Both the position numbers and the translations under genes were made by a program. The notes below the pieces were generated by a model that was not told the DNA's origin, searched no databases, and saw only the letters and a list, made by a program, of their open reading frames with translations. Of a stretch of 64,000 nt of DNA, positions 44,598-56,633 are shown one piece after another. The stretch comes from an uncultured Nitrososphaerales archaeon (GTDB lineage: Archaea; Thermoproteota; Nitrososphaeria; Nitrososphaerales; Nitrososphaeraceae): positions 1 through 64,000 of the forward strand of contig CAVQMO010000002.1 of NCBI GenBank assembly GCA_963713605.1. The letters are read 5' to 3'. Every line of letters begins with the position of its first letter. Within the stretch, counting starts at the first letter, position 1.

Positions 44598-45774
44598 TCA
44601 CAACGCCTTTTCATCATACCGACTCTCTCCTACGAGCTTTGATAATTCTACAGCTCCACGAATGCTTCTAGCGATATCCTGTTTCATCTGATGAGAGCTC
44701 TTCATATCATAGAGATTATTTTCAGTATCTTCTGCATACCAACCTCTACTCCAGCCTACAAAGGGAAATTTTCCAAAAATAAAACCAAGCTGTGACCAGA
44801 ATGTCATGAGCTCGCCAGCTACATGTTGTACATTGTCCTGTCCACCAGTAATGATGAATGCGGCTACCTTATCTCTAATAAGATGTGTGTCGTGTGTAAT
44901 GATTTGATTCTGAACACAATTCATTCTCTGAATCATCTTGTAGTAGAGTGAGCTGCCAATTTCCCCACCTTATGGGTGTTGCAAGTACTACTACGTCGGC
45001 CCATAGAATAAGTCTTTCATAAATCTGGATCATCTGATCATTCTTATCCATCTCTGAAATTGAACACGGAAAAATGCAGGCTTTAGCATTCTTGGAATAG
45101 TATCCTTCACAATGTTTGAATGACAAATCTCGGAGTTTGATCATTAGAATATTTGAATCAAGTTGGTTCTTTGCATAATCTAAGGCATACTTAAGAGCTT
45201 CCTCTGAAGTGCTCTTACGAGGTGCAATTTCATCATTTAGATTTGTGGTGGATATGCCAAGTACATTTCTCTTCCTGTTAGCATCGGAAATAAGTTGTGC
45301 ATCCTTGTCTTTATGGTTTAGAAAAGCGTTGACAGAATTTTTCAAGTGGGTATACGCTTGATGCGGCTCCGTGACTCTTTTACCTAGAGCTCTAGGAACC
45401 AGATTTACATACAGCTTTCCCTCTATTACTTTAGTCTCATACGAGTCTACACTGTCCCCTCCCTCGTGTGGTGACTTACCATTTACAATAGAATATTTCC
45501 AACCATGCCATGGACACGTTACTATTTTTTCTTTTACGGTTCCCTGACTTAGTGGACCACCTACATGTTTACAGATGTTTGATATGGCATAATATTTTTC
45601 TTGTACGTTAAATACAGCAATTTCGACTTTAGGTCCTTTTTTACTTTTTATCGAGAAGCTTTTTGAATTGCCTGAAGCAATATCAGCTGCCTGAGAGATG
45701 TAATGAAATTCATCATCATCATCACCATATCTGTCGTTGTTACTCCCATTCTTCGCATTATGTTCTTTCTTCAT
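44598..45774 (-). pseudogene. Rieske [2Fe-2S] plus flavodoxin-like FMN reductase fusion, frameshifted at ~44955
   Basis: CKHVGGPL, CPWHGW, CEGY, ADVVVLATPIRWG, KVAAFIITGGQD. Confidence 0.88.
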
Positions 45775-46278
45775 ATACCAATTAACTTTGCTTGTAAGGA
45801 TAATAATTTGGTTTGATTATTGATGATGATCTGAAGGGTTGATCAATGGAAGATATCACCATCTACCGCAACCAATATTCTGCTAAATTTGCTTTTACAT
45901 GACAATTCCTTGTAAACTGGTTATTGAAGCAAATTATTATAATCTTTACATAGCATTGGATAATTGATGACATGAGATGAGACTTGGAGACTTGAATTCG
46001 TCGGACTTTAGAAGCTAGTCCTAGAGTCTGAAGATACCTTTGTCTTAATCCAAAGTAAAACCAAGGAGTAACCGAAGATCTAGAATTATTATTTTTTTGA
46101 ACCATACTTACTCAATATTCAACAATATTTATAATACTTGTACTATAACTACTGGGGAGGGGAGGGAGTATTTACGGGATAACCGGGCCAAGTTTGAATG
46201 CCTAGTTACGACGTGAGCTCATTTACGTCGACGGCACCAAAGCTGTTGTCGGCATAATAATAAGTTAGAGAAATAGAA

Positions 46279-46640
46279 TATGGAAATTATTTATATTATA
46301 ACATTATAGAGACAATATGTCATTACTAATATTCATTTTGCTCCTATCGCTTAATAGCAATAAATCCATCAATCGCGATAACTCTGAACGCGTCCAATAA
46401 TGAACCTAATAATACATATTTTGGGGGTTTATCTGCAGAATCCACTGATATTGCAGAGGCAAATAAAATTGATTTGATTATTGATGGTACTGGTGACAAC
46501 ACATGCTTCGGAAGGTTTATCTGCAGAATCCACTGGCATTGCAGAGACAAGTAGAATTGATTTAATAAATGGTACAAATAATAACAATGATACGGATTTT
46601 GGTGGACTGTCTACTAAATCTGTATATATTACTAAATAAA
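46279..46640 (+). pseudogene. Decayed secreted protein with ~30-aa internal repeats
   Basis: FGGLSAESTDIAEANKIDLI / GLSAESTGIAETSRIDLI / FGGLS on the + strand with frameshifts. Confidence 0.5.
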
Positions 46641-46740
46641 TTTTTCTTAGCGTCCATTTCTCAAAAACTGATGAACCACATATCAACATGATAAATAACT
46701 GTTTCCATATTATCAGCGAGCTATTTAGAAGCTGGAGTTA

Positions 46741-47286
46741 TTACTGCCCAATTTTTATAATGACAGCATTCTCTGTAACATTACAAGATGATTTTGATTC
46801 AAACGCTACTTCCAATAGATATCTGGAGATCTCTTTGATTAAGTAGGAGTACTTTATGCCCATATCGTGTTCAATGATGATCTTCCAGCCATCTCCATTC
46901 ATTTCAAACCTGTAGGGCATCTGGGCTATTCTTAACCAAGTTTCTGCAATATTTGAAAGGGAAGCCATGGTAAATCCGCCCCGTAGAAATAGACTTATAT
47001 CGACAAGATCATTCTTCGCTGTATCTCTAGCCAGCTCAGATAGTTCTTCTTCTGTGAGTTCATTAATTAATCTAATCAAAAATGATTTGGGTAAGTAGTA
47101 TAGCTTGGCATGTGCGACTCTACTGTGCCAGTCTAGGTATGCATTGATTATTTGGTTAACTAATGTGTTAGGAGTGACAGTTTTGGTTTGAGATACTTTG
47201 CGAAGTTGCTCTAACTTTTCTTTTGGTAGTCTAAAAGTAGCACAGGTTGTAGTCGATGATGGCCTTGGAATCTCTACCGACTTCAA
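46741..47286 (-). CDS. RHH plus putative V4R-like regulator, copy 3
   Basis: Paralog of copies 1 and 2; TTG start. Confidence 0.8.
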   Translation of the reverse strand: MKSVEIPRPSSTTTCATFRLPKEKLEQLRKVSQTKTVTPNTLVNQIINAYLDWHSRVAHAKLYYLPKSFLIRLINELTEEELSELARDTAKNDLVDISLFLRGGFTMASLSNIAETWLRIAQMPYRFEMNGDGWKIIIEHDMGIKYSYLIKEISRYLLEVAFESKSSCNVTENAVIIKIGQ

Positions 47287-47496
47287 AGCGAATAAAGTTG
47301 ATATTCATACCGATATTTAAATTTTATTTTCAGGAAATAACAAACTGATATAAATCCTCAATAATCAGCCCAATTTTGTTGACAACAGTCCATATCCTGT
47401 TTTGGTCTGATTCCTGTATATAGTGGCAAATAATACCACATACTATTCAGATTGCAAGATTTATTATCTATATTGAGCAATAGCGTATGATAGTAA

Positions 47497-48115
47497 ATGT
47501 CTGGTTATCCCATCGACGACGATGATGACGTAATGGATAACTATTATGACTCTGATTCTTTATCTTCTACTTCAAATTTTAGATTTAATAAATATACCGC
47601 AGACTTTGGCAAACCAATAACTATTACAATGCCTAATGAGAATATCGATAAATTACAATATGAATCAGAAACCAAACAGATGAGTTTTAACACAAAAATC
47701 AATCAAATAATCAAAAATCACAGAGATTGGTATTCGAACACCCCACCAGCTAATATGTCGTGCATTCCTAAACCAATAGTAACTAAAGCTATTGGCCAAC
47801 TCACGGAACAACAGACTTTCCGAGTTCGCACAATCCACAGTAGACAATCTCCAAGAGATGAGTTTATTGTTACGTGGAGAATTTAGTTTTTCATCATTTC
47901 TGGACATAGTCAATACTTGGCTAAGAATTACACAGACACCTACCAGATTCTATGAGACGCGACATGAATATAAAATCATAATCAGACATGATATGGGATA
48001 CAAATACTCATTTCTTCTCAAAGAAGTATTTAGACTTGTGATGAAAGAAAGATTTCACAAATCATTCCGCTACAACATGACCGAAAATGTTATACTAATT
48101 AGAAGTGCAAGATAA
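47497..48115 (+). pseudogene. RHH plus V4R-like regulator (subfamily B), frameshifted at ~47815
   Basis: Two overlapping ORFs that together match 56634-57266. Confidence 0.8.
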
Positions 48116-48164
48116 ATATTGATGAACTTGAGGATAATTCTAATTATCTGCTAACTCTGCTAGC

Positions 48165-48560
48165 TCTATCCAGATAATATGCTATTTCGTCTTCTTCCAA
48201 TGACCCATTTATTATCAGCTGTGACAATCGTCGAGCCCACCGAAAGTGGTCTGATAGTTTTATCTTGTCCAAATAGTCTTTTGAATTTATTACTTTTAGT
48301 ACCTATCCACTCTTTGAAACTTGACATGCATGTATCAAATATTAGATGGGGTGGTCGGAATTCTTGGTTCTTTACATGAAATAGTTTGCCATCAAAAATT
48401 GGCTGTTTTTTTGCTACAGCGTTATTCCACTCTGTATTAATAATAGATCGTTCATCATGGGTAAATGAAATTCTAATTGGAGAATATGAACAAATTATAT
48501 TTTCTGATGTCAGACTTACCTTCGGCTATAATCTGAGTTCTTTTGTGTCTTAATTTATCT
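48165..48560 (-). pseudogene. N-terminal remnant of a NUDIX-like hydrolase
   Basis: INTEWN...PIFDGKLF...PLSVGSTIVTADNKWVIGRR; truncated; boundaries approximate. Confidence 0.5.
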
Positions 48561-48710
48561 ACTAATCCCATTCATCGGCAGCCAAACTTAGGTTCTTAGC
48601 CATAAATACTATCAAGTCCTGATATTATATATAGTGGTAGCGACCTTGATAAGTTGTCGCAACTATGTATTGTTCACTCTGTACTCCTACGGTCGCGTCA
48701 TTAACTGCTC

Positions 48711-49337
48711 TTGACAAAGTACTTACTTCATATCAGAAACAGTATTAGCAGAGACTACAATCATAGAAGAGAAGGCTTCTTTGCTGTCGCTAATTTCGAG
48801 GATCGTAATGAGGCAAAAATAACGCTAGATAGATTTAGAATTCCAAATGAGAAATTACATCAATTACGAAATGAAACTGAGACACAGCAAGTCAGTTTGA
48901 ATACCTTGGTTAATCAAATAATCAAAGAACACCTTGATTTTCACGGTTTAGCTTCACAAGCTAAACTGTATTATCTGCCAAAGCCATTTTTGATGAGACT
49001 AATTTATGAATATACTGAAGAAGAATTACGTGAGCTAGCAAGAGAGACAGCGAAAAATGATCTAGTGGATATAAGTTTGCTCCTTAAAGGAGGATTTTCA
49101 ATTGCTTCGCTTGCAGATATTACAGAAACGTGGTTAAAAATTTCTAAAATGCCTTACAGGTATGAAATTAACGGCGAGAGCTCCAAAATCATTATACAGC
49201 ATGAGATGGGGCTGAAGTATTCTTATCTGATTAGAAAGATCTGTGGGTACCTACTAGAAGTGGTGTTTGAGGCAAAAGCATCTTACAAAATAACTGATGA
49301 TACACTTGTTATAGATATAGATCTTTTCAAGAGATAA
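48711..49337 (+). CDS. RHH plus putative V4R-like regulator, copy 5
   Basis: FRIPNEKL...SLNTLVNQII...LYYLPK...HEMGLKYSYL. Confidence 0.8.
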   Translation: MTKYLLHIRNSISRDYNHRREGFFAVANFEDRNEAKITLDRFRIPNEKLHQLRNETETQQVSLNTLVNQIIKEHLDFHGLASQAKLYYLPKPFLMRLIYEYTEEELRELARETAKNDLVDISLLLKGGFSIASLADITETWLKISKMPYRYEINGESSKIIIQHEMGLKYSYLIRKICGYLLEVVFEAKASYKITDDTLVIDIDLFKR

Positions 49338-49408
49338 TACGATGAAGTGCGGAGTAAGTTGCTATGAGCCTTTAATAACTTTGTAACTTATAATATGCCG
49401 TCTAGTGC

Positions 49409-50026
49409 ATGCGGATACTGATTGCTGAAGATGACTCTGATATATCAAATCTTTATAAAAAGGCTTTAGAAAAAAGAAACCATAATGTTGTCCTTACCAC
49501 ATCTGGAGATACTTGTATTCAGAACTACCTAGATAATCTACCTCATACGGCGACAATCCCCAGCTCCTCTTCAAGGGTTTCGACAACTTCTAAAATAGAC
49601 TCTTTTCAGCCTCACAGCAAGATAAATTCCAACAACATTCATACCAAGAAGGCGGCTTGCACCTTCCCTGCGGAGTCAGTATATGATGTAGTTATTCTTG
49701 ATTATAAAATGCCAGGTATGAATGGTATGGATGTAGCCAAGGAAATATTAGCAGTAAATCCTTATCAGAGAATAATCTTTGCTTCCGCTTACGTTAAAGA
49801 AACTTTGCAAGAATCAGTAAAGCAACTTAAACAGGTAGTAGAGTTAATGCAGAAACCTTTTTCTTTAATTCACCTAGTCGACACAGTAGAAGATAAGGAA
49901 GTATATGAAGAGCTCAAGAGCCTTAACGTAGATATTAGTCGTATTAAAGCTGCAGAACCATCTCATGAACTAGTTATTGATTTACTTGAAAAATTAAAGA
50001 AAATACAGAAATATAGGACATTTTGA
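49409..50026 (+). CDS. Response regulator with Ser-rich insert and short C-terminal helical tail
   Basis: ILIAEDD, YDVVILDYKMPGMNG, IIFASA, QKPF. Confidence 0.9.
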   Translation: MRILIAEDDSDISNLYKKALEKRNHNVVLTTSGDTCIQNYLDNLPHTATIPSSSSRVSTTSKIDSFQPHSKINSNNIHTKKAACTFPAESVYDVVILDYKMPGMNGMDVAKEILAVNPYQRIIFASAYVKETLQESVKQLKQVVELMQKPFSLIHLVDTVEDKEVYEELKSLNVDISRIKAAEPSHELVIDLLEKLKKIQKYRTF

Positions 50027-50109
50027 TTCTACACCAACATACCGGTCGATAGTATATGTAATGTTGATATTCATCTAGTAACAGACTGTTTAAACGCACA
50101 GCATGGGAC

Positions 50110-50473
50110 TATACCCTGATTCGACAGATTGGAGGAGGACTAAGTTTATGTCCATTTTTATTGATTATCTCTAACACCTTTTTCACTTCAGTAATGCTGT
50201 ACCCATGTTTATCTTGTCTGCTTATTTTTGAAAGCACATTGAGAAAGTTTTGTGGTTTATATCTGAAGTTTTTCGTCCTGTTTGCAATCTGTCTATTCGC
50301 ATAAGAATAGAATATTTTTTTGTAAGTGCTTTGACTACTAAAAGGGTGGAAACTGAAGAATCGACTCCCCCATTCATACCTACTATTACACCTTCAGATT
50401 CTCTGGCTTTAATTTCTGACTTGATAAATTGGGTAATGGATCTAATAATGTTGTATTTACGTCTATCATCCAT
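50110..50473 (-). pseudogene. nadE: NAD synthetase with a large internal deletion
   Basis: GVIVGMNGGVDSSV PP-loop, plus a C-terminal KKVLEII..NGHKL.PPPI remnant in a shifted frame. Confidence 0.7.
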
Positions 50474-50862
50474 AGTTTATGAAAAAAAGGTGTTCAAGGG
50501 GCTTTTATATATTTGATTAACTACACGTACTGAATATATTGTAAGTTTCAAGAATATAAGCCAGCTTTACTAAAAGTCAGTGTATGCAAATAAAAATATT
50601 TCACAACTCTATAAAGTTCTATCTTCCTCGATTAGAATGATATTCAGAAATAGTTCGAACAATTGCAGATGAATATGGAAATATGTCACTTATTGGATTT
50701 GAAGGGTATTTTCAAGGAAAGCTTGAGCCAGTGAAATATACAAGAGTGGAAGTACATACAGATGACATTAGAATAAAGTTAAATCAAACAAGTTTGGCTT
50801 ATGAATTCAACAATCGTCTTGTACGTCAGTAAGTTGTAACGTTATTCTATTCTTGTTGTAGC

Positions 50863-51397
50863 TCAGGGTTCGAATTTTATAATAACAGCATTCTCTGTAA
50901 TTTCGCAAGATGATTTTTTTAAATGCTACTTCCAATAAGTATCTAGAGATCTCTCTAATTAGATACGAATACTTTTGTCCCATGTCATGAATAATAATAA
51001 TTTTATAGATGTCTCCAGTGATTTCAATTCTCTGGGACATCTGTGCTATTCTCAACCATGTTTCTGCAATCTCTGAAATTGAAGCAATATTATATCCACC
51101 GCTTAAAATAAGCATACATCAACAAGTTCATTTTTTGCCACATCACGTGCTAGCTCATTTAATTCATCATTGGTGAGTTCGTTGAGTAATCTAACTAAAA
51201 ATGATTTTGGCAAGTAGTATAGGCATGTGCTGCCATACTATGCCAACCAAGATATGCTTTGAGTATTTGATTAAAGTGTATTTGAAGAAATATTTCTAGC
51301 ATCGGCTGCTTTACGTAATTGTTCCAATTTTTCTTTTGATAACCGAAATGTTACACCCTTAGTAGATGGCTTAGTAGAAGTGACGGGCCGGCTTCAA
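50863..51397 (-). pseudogene. RHH plus V4R-like regulator, multiply frameshifted copy of 14617-15162
   Basis: TTG at 51397; GVTFRLSKEKLEQLRKAA...IASISEIAETWLRIAQM...EISRYLLEVAF. Confidence 0.85.
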
Positions 51398-51597
51398 CTA
51401 ATCCCAAGAAGTAGCTTATCGGTACTTAAATATTGCAGCATATATTTAAAATACACCAAATTTTTGTCAATAACAACATTTTAAATCTGTATTCACACGT
51501 GTATTTTTTCGCTTTAATAAACGAATTGGACGATGATGACTTTAGCACGCATTATTCACCATTATATACTTTAATGTACATTTCATAGTGATTCGTC

Positions 51598-51852
51598 ATG
51601 AAAAGCGAAGTTAATATTGATAATCAATTGAGAAACTATGCTTTTTATAGCAGTCCGGCTTTATTGAGTCGTAATAAAGACAGAGAATTTGGGACAGTAA
51701 TCGCAGAAGCCAAAAATAAGCTAATTATAGTTGATGATGAAAATATCAGAGAACATGTATATTTAATCCCAAAGACAAAAGTGGATCATTATAGTGATAA
51801 GCAAGTGTATATTAGCATCCCTGAAAATTCTCTGAAAGAATTTGAGATGTAA
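51598..51852 (+). CDS. PRC-like small protein, copy 3
   Basis: Close paralog of 15336-15599; ATTATATACTTT at 51561. Confidence 0.75.
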   Translation: MKSEVNIDNQLRNYAFYSSPALLSRNKDREFGTVIAEAKNKLIIVDDENIREHVYLIPKTKVDHYSDKQVYISIPENSLKEFEM

Positions 51853-51963
51853 CTATTGATATAACACTAATGCTAGCTAAATGGCTCTTTTACTATTGTG
51901 GTCTGACGGGATAATATACTCACCACAAAACCTATATTAAAATTCAGTCAGCCCGTGAAATAA

Positions 51964-52007
51964 GATCATAGTTGGTTGAACTTGAGCGAGCGACTACCAA
52001 CTTGATC
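51964..52007 (+). repeat. Inverted-repeat element, full copy
   Basis: gatcatagttggt...accaacttgatc. Confidence 0.8.
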
Positions 52008-52310
52008 AATATGGGATTGGAATTGAATTGAATAATGCAATAAATAATGTACAATATTGAACGTAAGTCAGACTTGGGGTTGCCAGTCACTTTACTTTAA
52101 AAATACTATAATGTATCAATATGTGTTATGTGTGTATTAATAGTAGTAGTAGTGGAATGAGTCGGCATCCATTACTAATTGCTTTAGGGTTAATAGGCAA
52201 GTCACACTATCGACATCGCAATAGGTTACGTATTATCTAATCATGGAGTTAGCCAGGCGCCATGTATTCTGGCTAGTTGCTTGTTGTCATAAATCCAAGT
52301 AATCCCTGGG

Positions 52311-52529
52311 CTATCTATCCTCCTCACTGCGGGGTGTTAGATGTCCATTACTACAGATATACTAAGGCAGTTTAATCTCCGCATTGAATTCAACAAAGTC
52401 TCCATTCTTATCCCAATATCCATCTGTAAACTTCATCTTTGGTACTGTTTGGCCTAGATATAAGATGACCTTGCTCCTCTTTCCTTCGGTCTGGCACTGT
52501 GGGCAAAGTACTTTTTCTTCTCCGCTCAT
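52311..52529 (-). pseudogene. Zn-ribbon microprotein with an in-frame TAG at 52362-52364
   Basis: MSGEEKVLCPQC...IKLP*YICSNGH... Confidence 0.5.
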
Positions 52530-52983
52530 ATCAATTCATAAATCATCTACATAAGATTAAGTTGACAGAGCGATCTTTCTATCACCAGAACCGCAGAGAT
52601 AGCATAAATAGGTATTTGAATAATATTCAGTTTACCATCGTTTGAACTAGTAACGCTTCAATCAAAATGTATATTCCGAATCCTATTTACACAAATGGCA
52701 GCACTCTATTGGCTATACGGCGTAACTGGGTTGCAAGTGCAAAATATCTATGGTTATCCTCATTTCCTTCTGTGTTTGTGTCAGTCAGTCTCATTAAGAA
52801 TCCCCTCTTGACACTCAGCCATTTCCTCACCTTCTTCCATCTCACTACTGGGCTCAATTATTCCGCATTCACCAATCATTCGACCTAGTGAGTCATTCTC
52901 TCCGGCCTGGCCTGATCTGCTGTAGACATCGTCATTTTCTTGTTAGTGACAAAGGTGGTCGCAAAAGATTGCTCGTAAGTCAT

Positions 52984-53298
52984 CTACTTCTCCTCCTTTA
53001 TTCGTTGGATATCTGTAACACTGGGTGCTATCTCTGCCTCTACCGCCTCACGTCTTTTTACCTCTAGCGTTCTTAAGATATCGTGTATTGCCTCTGCGAT
53101 TAGCCTGTGACTTTTTGCTTCGCCTATTTCTCCGTTATGGACATAGCCCTCAGTCAATGTTGCTTGTCTATAGAACTCAAGTGATAAGTGGCCCATCGTC
53201 AATTCCATATCCGAACGGTCGATGCCTCTCAGGAGGTTGGATAGATTTCTAAGTCTCTTTTCTCTCTTATCTTCCGACTGGTTAGACATAATAACCAT
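52984..53298 (-). CDS. Hypothetical helical protein
   Basis: Intact ORF. Confidence 0.5.
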   Translation of the reverse strand: MVIMSNQSEDKREKRLRNLSNLLRGIDRSDMELTMGHLSLEFYRQATLTEGYVHNGEIGEAKSHRLIAEAIHDILRTLEVKRREAVEAEIAPSVTDIQRIKEEK

Positions 53299-53547
53299 TA
53301 TTCATAAAAATATTTAGAGGGATCTGATGGAAGTTTCTGTGTTATCTTAAGTAATTCAGTGTCTGCCGTGTTTATTTCTTGGAATGCTTTCAGAGTATTA
53401 CCTGATGCATCCTGAGCCATGTTTATGTGATTTAATACTTGCAATAGTTGTTGCCCGCCAGTACTATCCTCTCTCTGCTATGATAATTCTTACTTCAGTC
53501 TCAGCAGATCCTAAATCGCCAGGCAGTTCATATCTTATAGATGCAAC

Positions 53548-53640
53548 TCAGGGCTGGGTTTTTACAATAACAGTATTCTTTGTAATATCGCATGTAGATT
53601 TAGTTTCAAATGCTACTTCCAATAGATATCAAGATATTTC
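53548..53640 (-). pseudogene. 3' fragment of the RHH/V4R-like family
   Basis: EIS*YLLEVAFETKSTCDITKNTVIVK. Confidence 0.75.
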
Positions 53641-53854
53641 TTCATTGCGTCTTTTCATACAAATCACAAACTACGCGCCAACCAACTCTAACGATATCTC
53701 TTTTTCGAAATATTGTAAAGCTTCCTTTCTAACTATCTCCCAGTCATTCAATGTTTCTCCATCGAATAAATTTATAAAAGTTAAGGATAGTCACATTAGT
53801 ATTTTATGCCCATATAACTTATATCATAATCTTAAAAGTTTTTTACCAGCGGTC

Positions 53855-54249
53855 ATGATGTTACATGTGACAAATCATAGGCATTCACCTGAAAAGAAAA
53901 CAGTGATGGTTTGTGATGATGACCATGATCTTCGTCAGTTATTTGGTCAAGCCCTAAGGTCAAAATATAATATAATTCTGGTTGGTTCTGGCGAGGATTG
54001 CATTGACAGATTCAAGGTAACAAGCTACATCTCATATTATTAGACTATAAACTGGGGGATATGCTTGGCGATAGTGTGGCTAGAAAGATAAAAGAGAATA
54101 ATGGAGTAAAGATAATTCTAATTTCTGCATATGAATTGGATAATGAACTTGTAAAAGAGTTGCAAGAGAATAAGTATATTGCAACCTTCATTGAAAAGCC
54201 AATTCGCTTACATAACCTAATTGAATTAGTAGCAGATACAATAAGCTAG
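53855..54249 (+). pseudogene. Stand-alone response regulator receiver, frameshifted
   Basis: VMVCDDD ... ILLDYKLGDMLG ... IILISA ... IEKP. Confidence 0.85.
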
Positions 54250-54417
54250 ATTTAATGGCCCATCAGCAAATAGTTGATAATACTACTTAAATGGTGTAAA
54301 TACCCATATATGGAGACGAGCGAAAGGGAAATTGATGTCGAATCAATAATAATACTAATCTTCGATCAGCAGTATTATTAACCGAACCCGTAATGTATAT
54401 CATCGTATGTTTTCCCT

Positions 54418-55663
54418 TTACGATACATTTAATGGCAACGTAAATGAAAAAGTGGCACCTTTTCCATCTGAATTATTCTCACCCCAAATCTTTCCTCCAT
54501 GTGCTTCTACTACACCTTTGGAAATAAATAGCCCAAGACCAGTACCTCTATCAGACTTGGTAGCAAATTTCGTAAACAACCTTGTTTGAATGTCAGGATG
54601 TATGCCCGTTCCTGTATCTCTTACTTTAATAATGACTTCATTAATGTTATTGTTATTGAAGTTAGACCTTATGTCGGGTACTGATTGTAATAGTCCCCTT
54701 TTGAGTAAATTTAATGGCATTACTAAGTAAGTTTGCAATAACCTCATACAATCTTACTTTGTCTGCATGTACGAAAATGGGATTATTTTTATCTCGTTCT
54801 ACTAATAGAATTCTCACGAGTTGATGGTGAGGATATTGATTTTCAAAATCTTTTTTTACGTTCGTAATCTTTTCATTTAGATTGATTCTTTCCTTCCTTA
54901 ACTTTAGTGTTTGGCCTTCTATCCGCGTTACATCTAATAGGTTAATAGCTAGCTTTTGAAGCCTTTCTGCATTTCTTTTTATCGCTTCAACTTCCTCACT
55001 ATTCTGACAGGATTCTCCCAAAAGCTCGGCATATCCTAAAATCGATTGCGTTGGTGTTTTCATCTCGTGACTAGCGATATTGATAAATTCATTTTGCATC
55101 TTGTCATGGACTTTTAGTTGTTCGTACAATGCCACTTGTTTCCACAGACTCTCAAAGATTGAAAAATATGATATAACAGTTGGTTTGCTATTGGAATAAG
55201 TAGCCAATCCCACGGCTTCTACAAAATTTTCTTTGAAATCATCTATTTTTTCAAATACTAATGATTCTTTTTTATCAACTACCATTATGGTGACTGTATT
55301 TACGGCAAATTCACTAGTAGACCGAAACTCAAAATCCTTTTTTCCTTCTGCAGTACCTATAGTATCTGCTATGCCTTCTATGTCATTCTTTATCGCAGGA
55401 TCATCTGGAACTAGAATTTTAACTCTTAGAGTACAATCTGTTGCCCCCTGATTTAACAATTGAAATATTCCTAAACGTTGTTCACGGAGAAACGCATTAA
55501 CTGTTGGAAGTAGTAATAATACTTCATACTGTGCTGACTTTATCATATTAATAAACAATGTCTGTACGGATAATGGATTCTGAATTAATTCCGTCTTTCC
55601 TAACTTAACATCTTCCTCTTTTCTTTTGTTTAAAGACGGAGGAACATCGTAAGAAATCCCCAA
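54418..55663 (-). pseudogene. Sensor histidine kinase, frameshifted at ~54675
   Basis: IASHEMKTP H-box, NLLSNAIKF N-box, DTGTGI and GTGLGL G-boxes. Confidence 0.92.
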
Positions 55664-55867
55664 GCTATTAATTCAGAGTAGGATACAAACTATATAAACT
55701 GATTTTAAGCCTTTAAACAGGAGGTATGTGTCTCCGCAACCTAGCTTCATATTATCAATAAGTGATTGAAATCGCTCGGCGACTATCCCATGCAACAAGA
55801 CAAAGATAAAGCCTCAAAATAATTTTAGCGAAATTGAATTTTGTTTTTCGCTTAAACATAGTATTAT

Positions 55868-56032
55868 CTAGTTCATCGGCAATAGAATCTCTTTAGCGTA
55901 CAGAAGATCGGGAGAATAATCAACTCCAACCGGTATTACAAAGAACAATTGAAATAGGAATTTTGACAGTGCTATTATGACAATAATCACAATAATAATA
56001 ATAATCATGTAGACTAAAGTTCCGAGTACCAT
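55868..56032 (-). CDS. 54-aa membrane microprotein, copy 4
   Basis: MVLGTLVYMIIIIIVIIVIIALSKFLFQLFFVIPVGVDYSPDLLYAKEILLPMN; GTTAAATACT at 56055-56064 on the - strand. Confidence 0.8.
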   Translation of the reverse strand: MVLGTLVYMIIIIIVIIVIIALSKFLFQLFFVIPVGVDYSPDLLYAKEILLPMN

Positions 56033-56391
56033 TTTCGTCTACTGCTATTCAAATAGTATTTAACCATTATTAGTGGATAGTGTAAATTACAGATGATTTC
56101 AAGAGCAGAGCATAATGTGGGGGCATATTCCGCTCTTTGATCTAAGTGCTGAACGGATTGTACTCGCTAGAGTGCACAGGTTTGTTACTCCAATTAGTAA
56201 GAAATATGTTGTCTTCCCAGCCTAAATTAAATAGTATGTAGCACTTAATCGGAAAATAATAAATGGAAAATACTAGGCCGCTTATGTAACTGAGTATTTT
56301 GGTTTAGTAGGGTTAGTTTTGAGCACTTCTGTATTACTTAGCGCAGCTGCCGATGCAATTTCCACGTCATTTACTGTATCCAAAAATATTA

Positions 56392-56441
56392 CGGCTACTA
56401 ATTAATCTGATCATAGTTGGTGGTTGTTGGGGCCGGGCCAC
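56392..56441 (+). repeat. Inverted-repeat element with truncated right arm
   Basis: cggctactaattaatctgatcatagttggtggttgttggggccgggccac. Confidence 0.8.
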
Positions 56442-56633
56442 GGAATTATGGTACTTTATTTGCTTGTTCCACTCATTTCTAAACCCAGATCACTGGTTAT
56501 TTCTTTCATCGTTTTCTTTCCCACTTGTAAAGCTACTGACTTGCTTCTAACTTCTGAGGCGAACATCTCTAAAATGTAGGATTTATCAACGAATTGTAAG
56601 TCTTATTAGCCATAACGTGCATGAATAGATGAA

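Noticed and set aside
53384..54043. 219-aa ORF as a single real protein
   Set aside because: It reads through the antisense strand of an RHH fragment; only the last ~60 codons match a receiver domain
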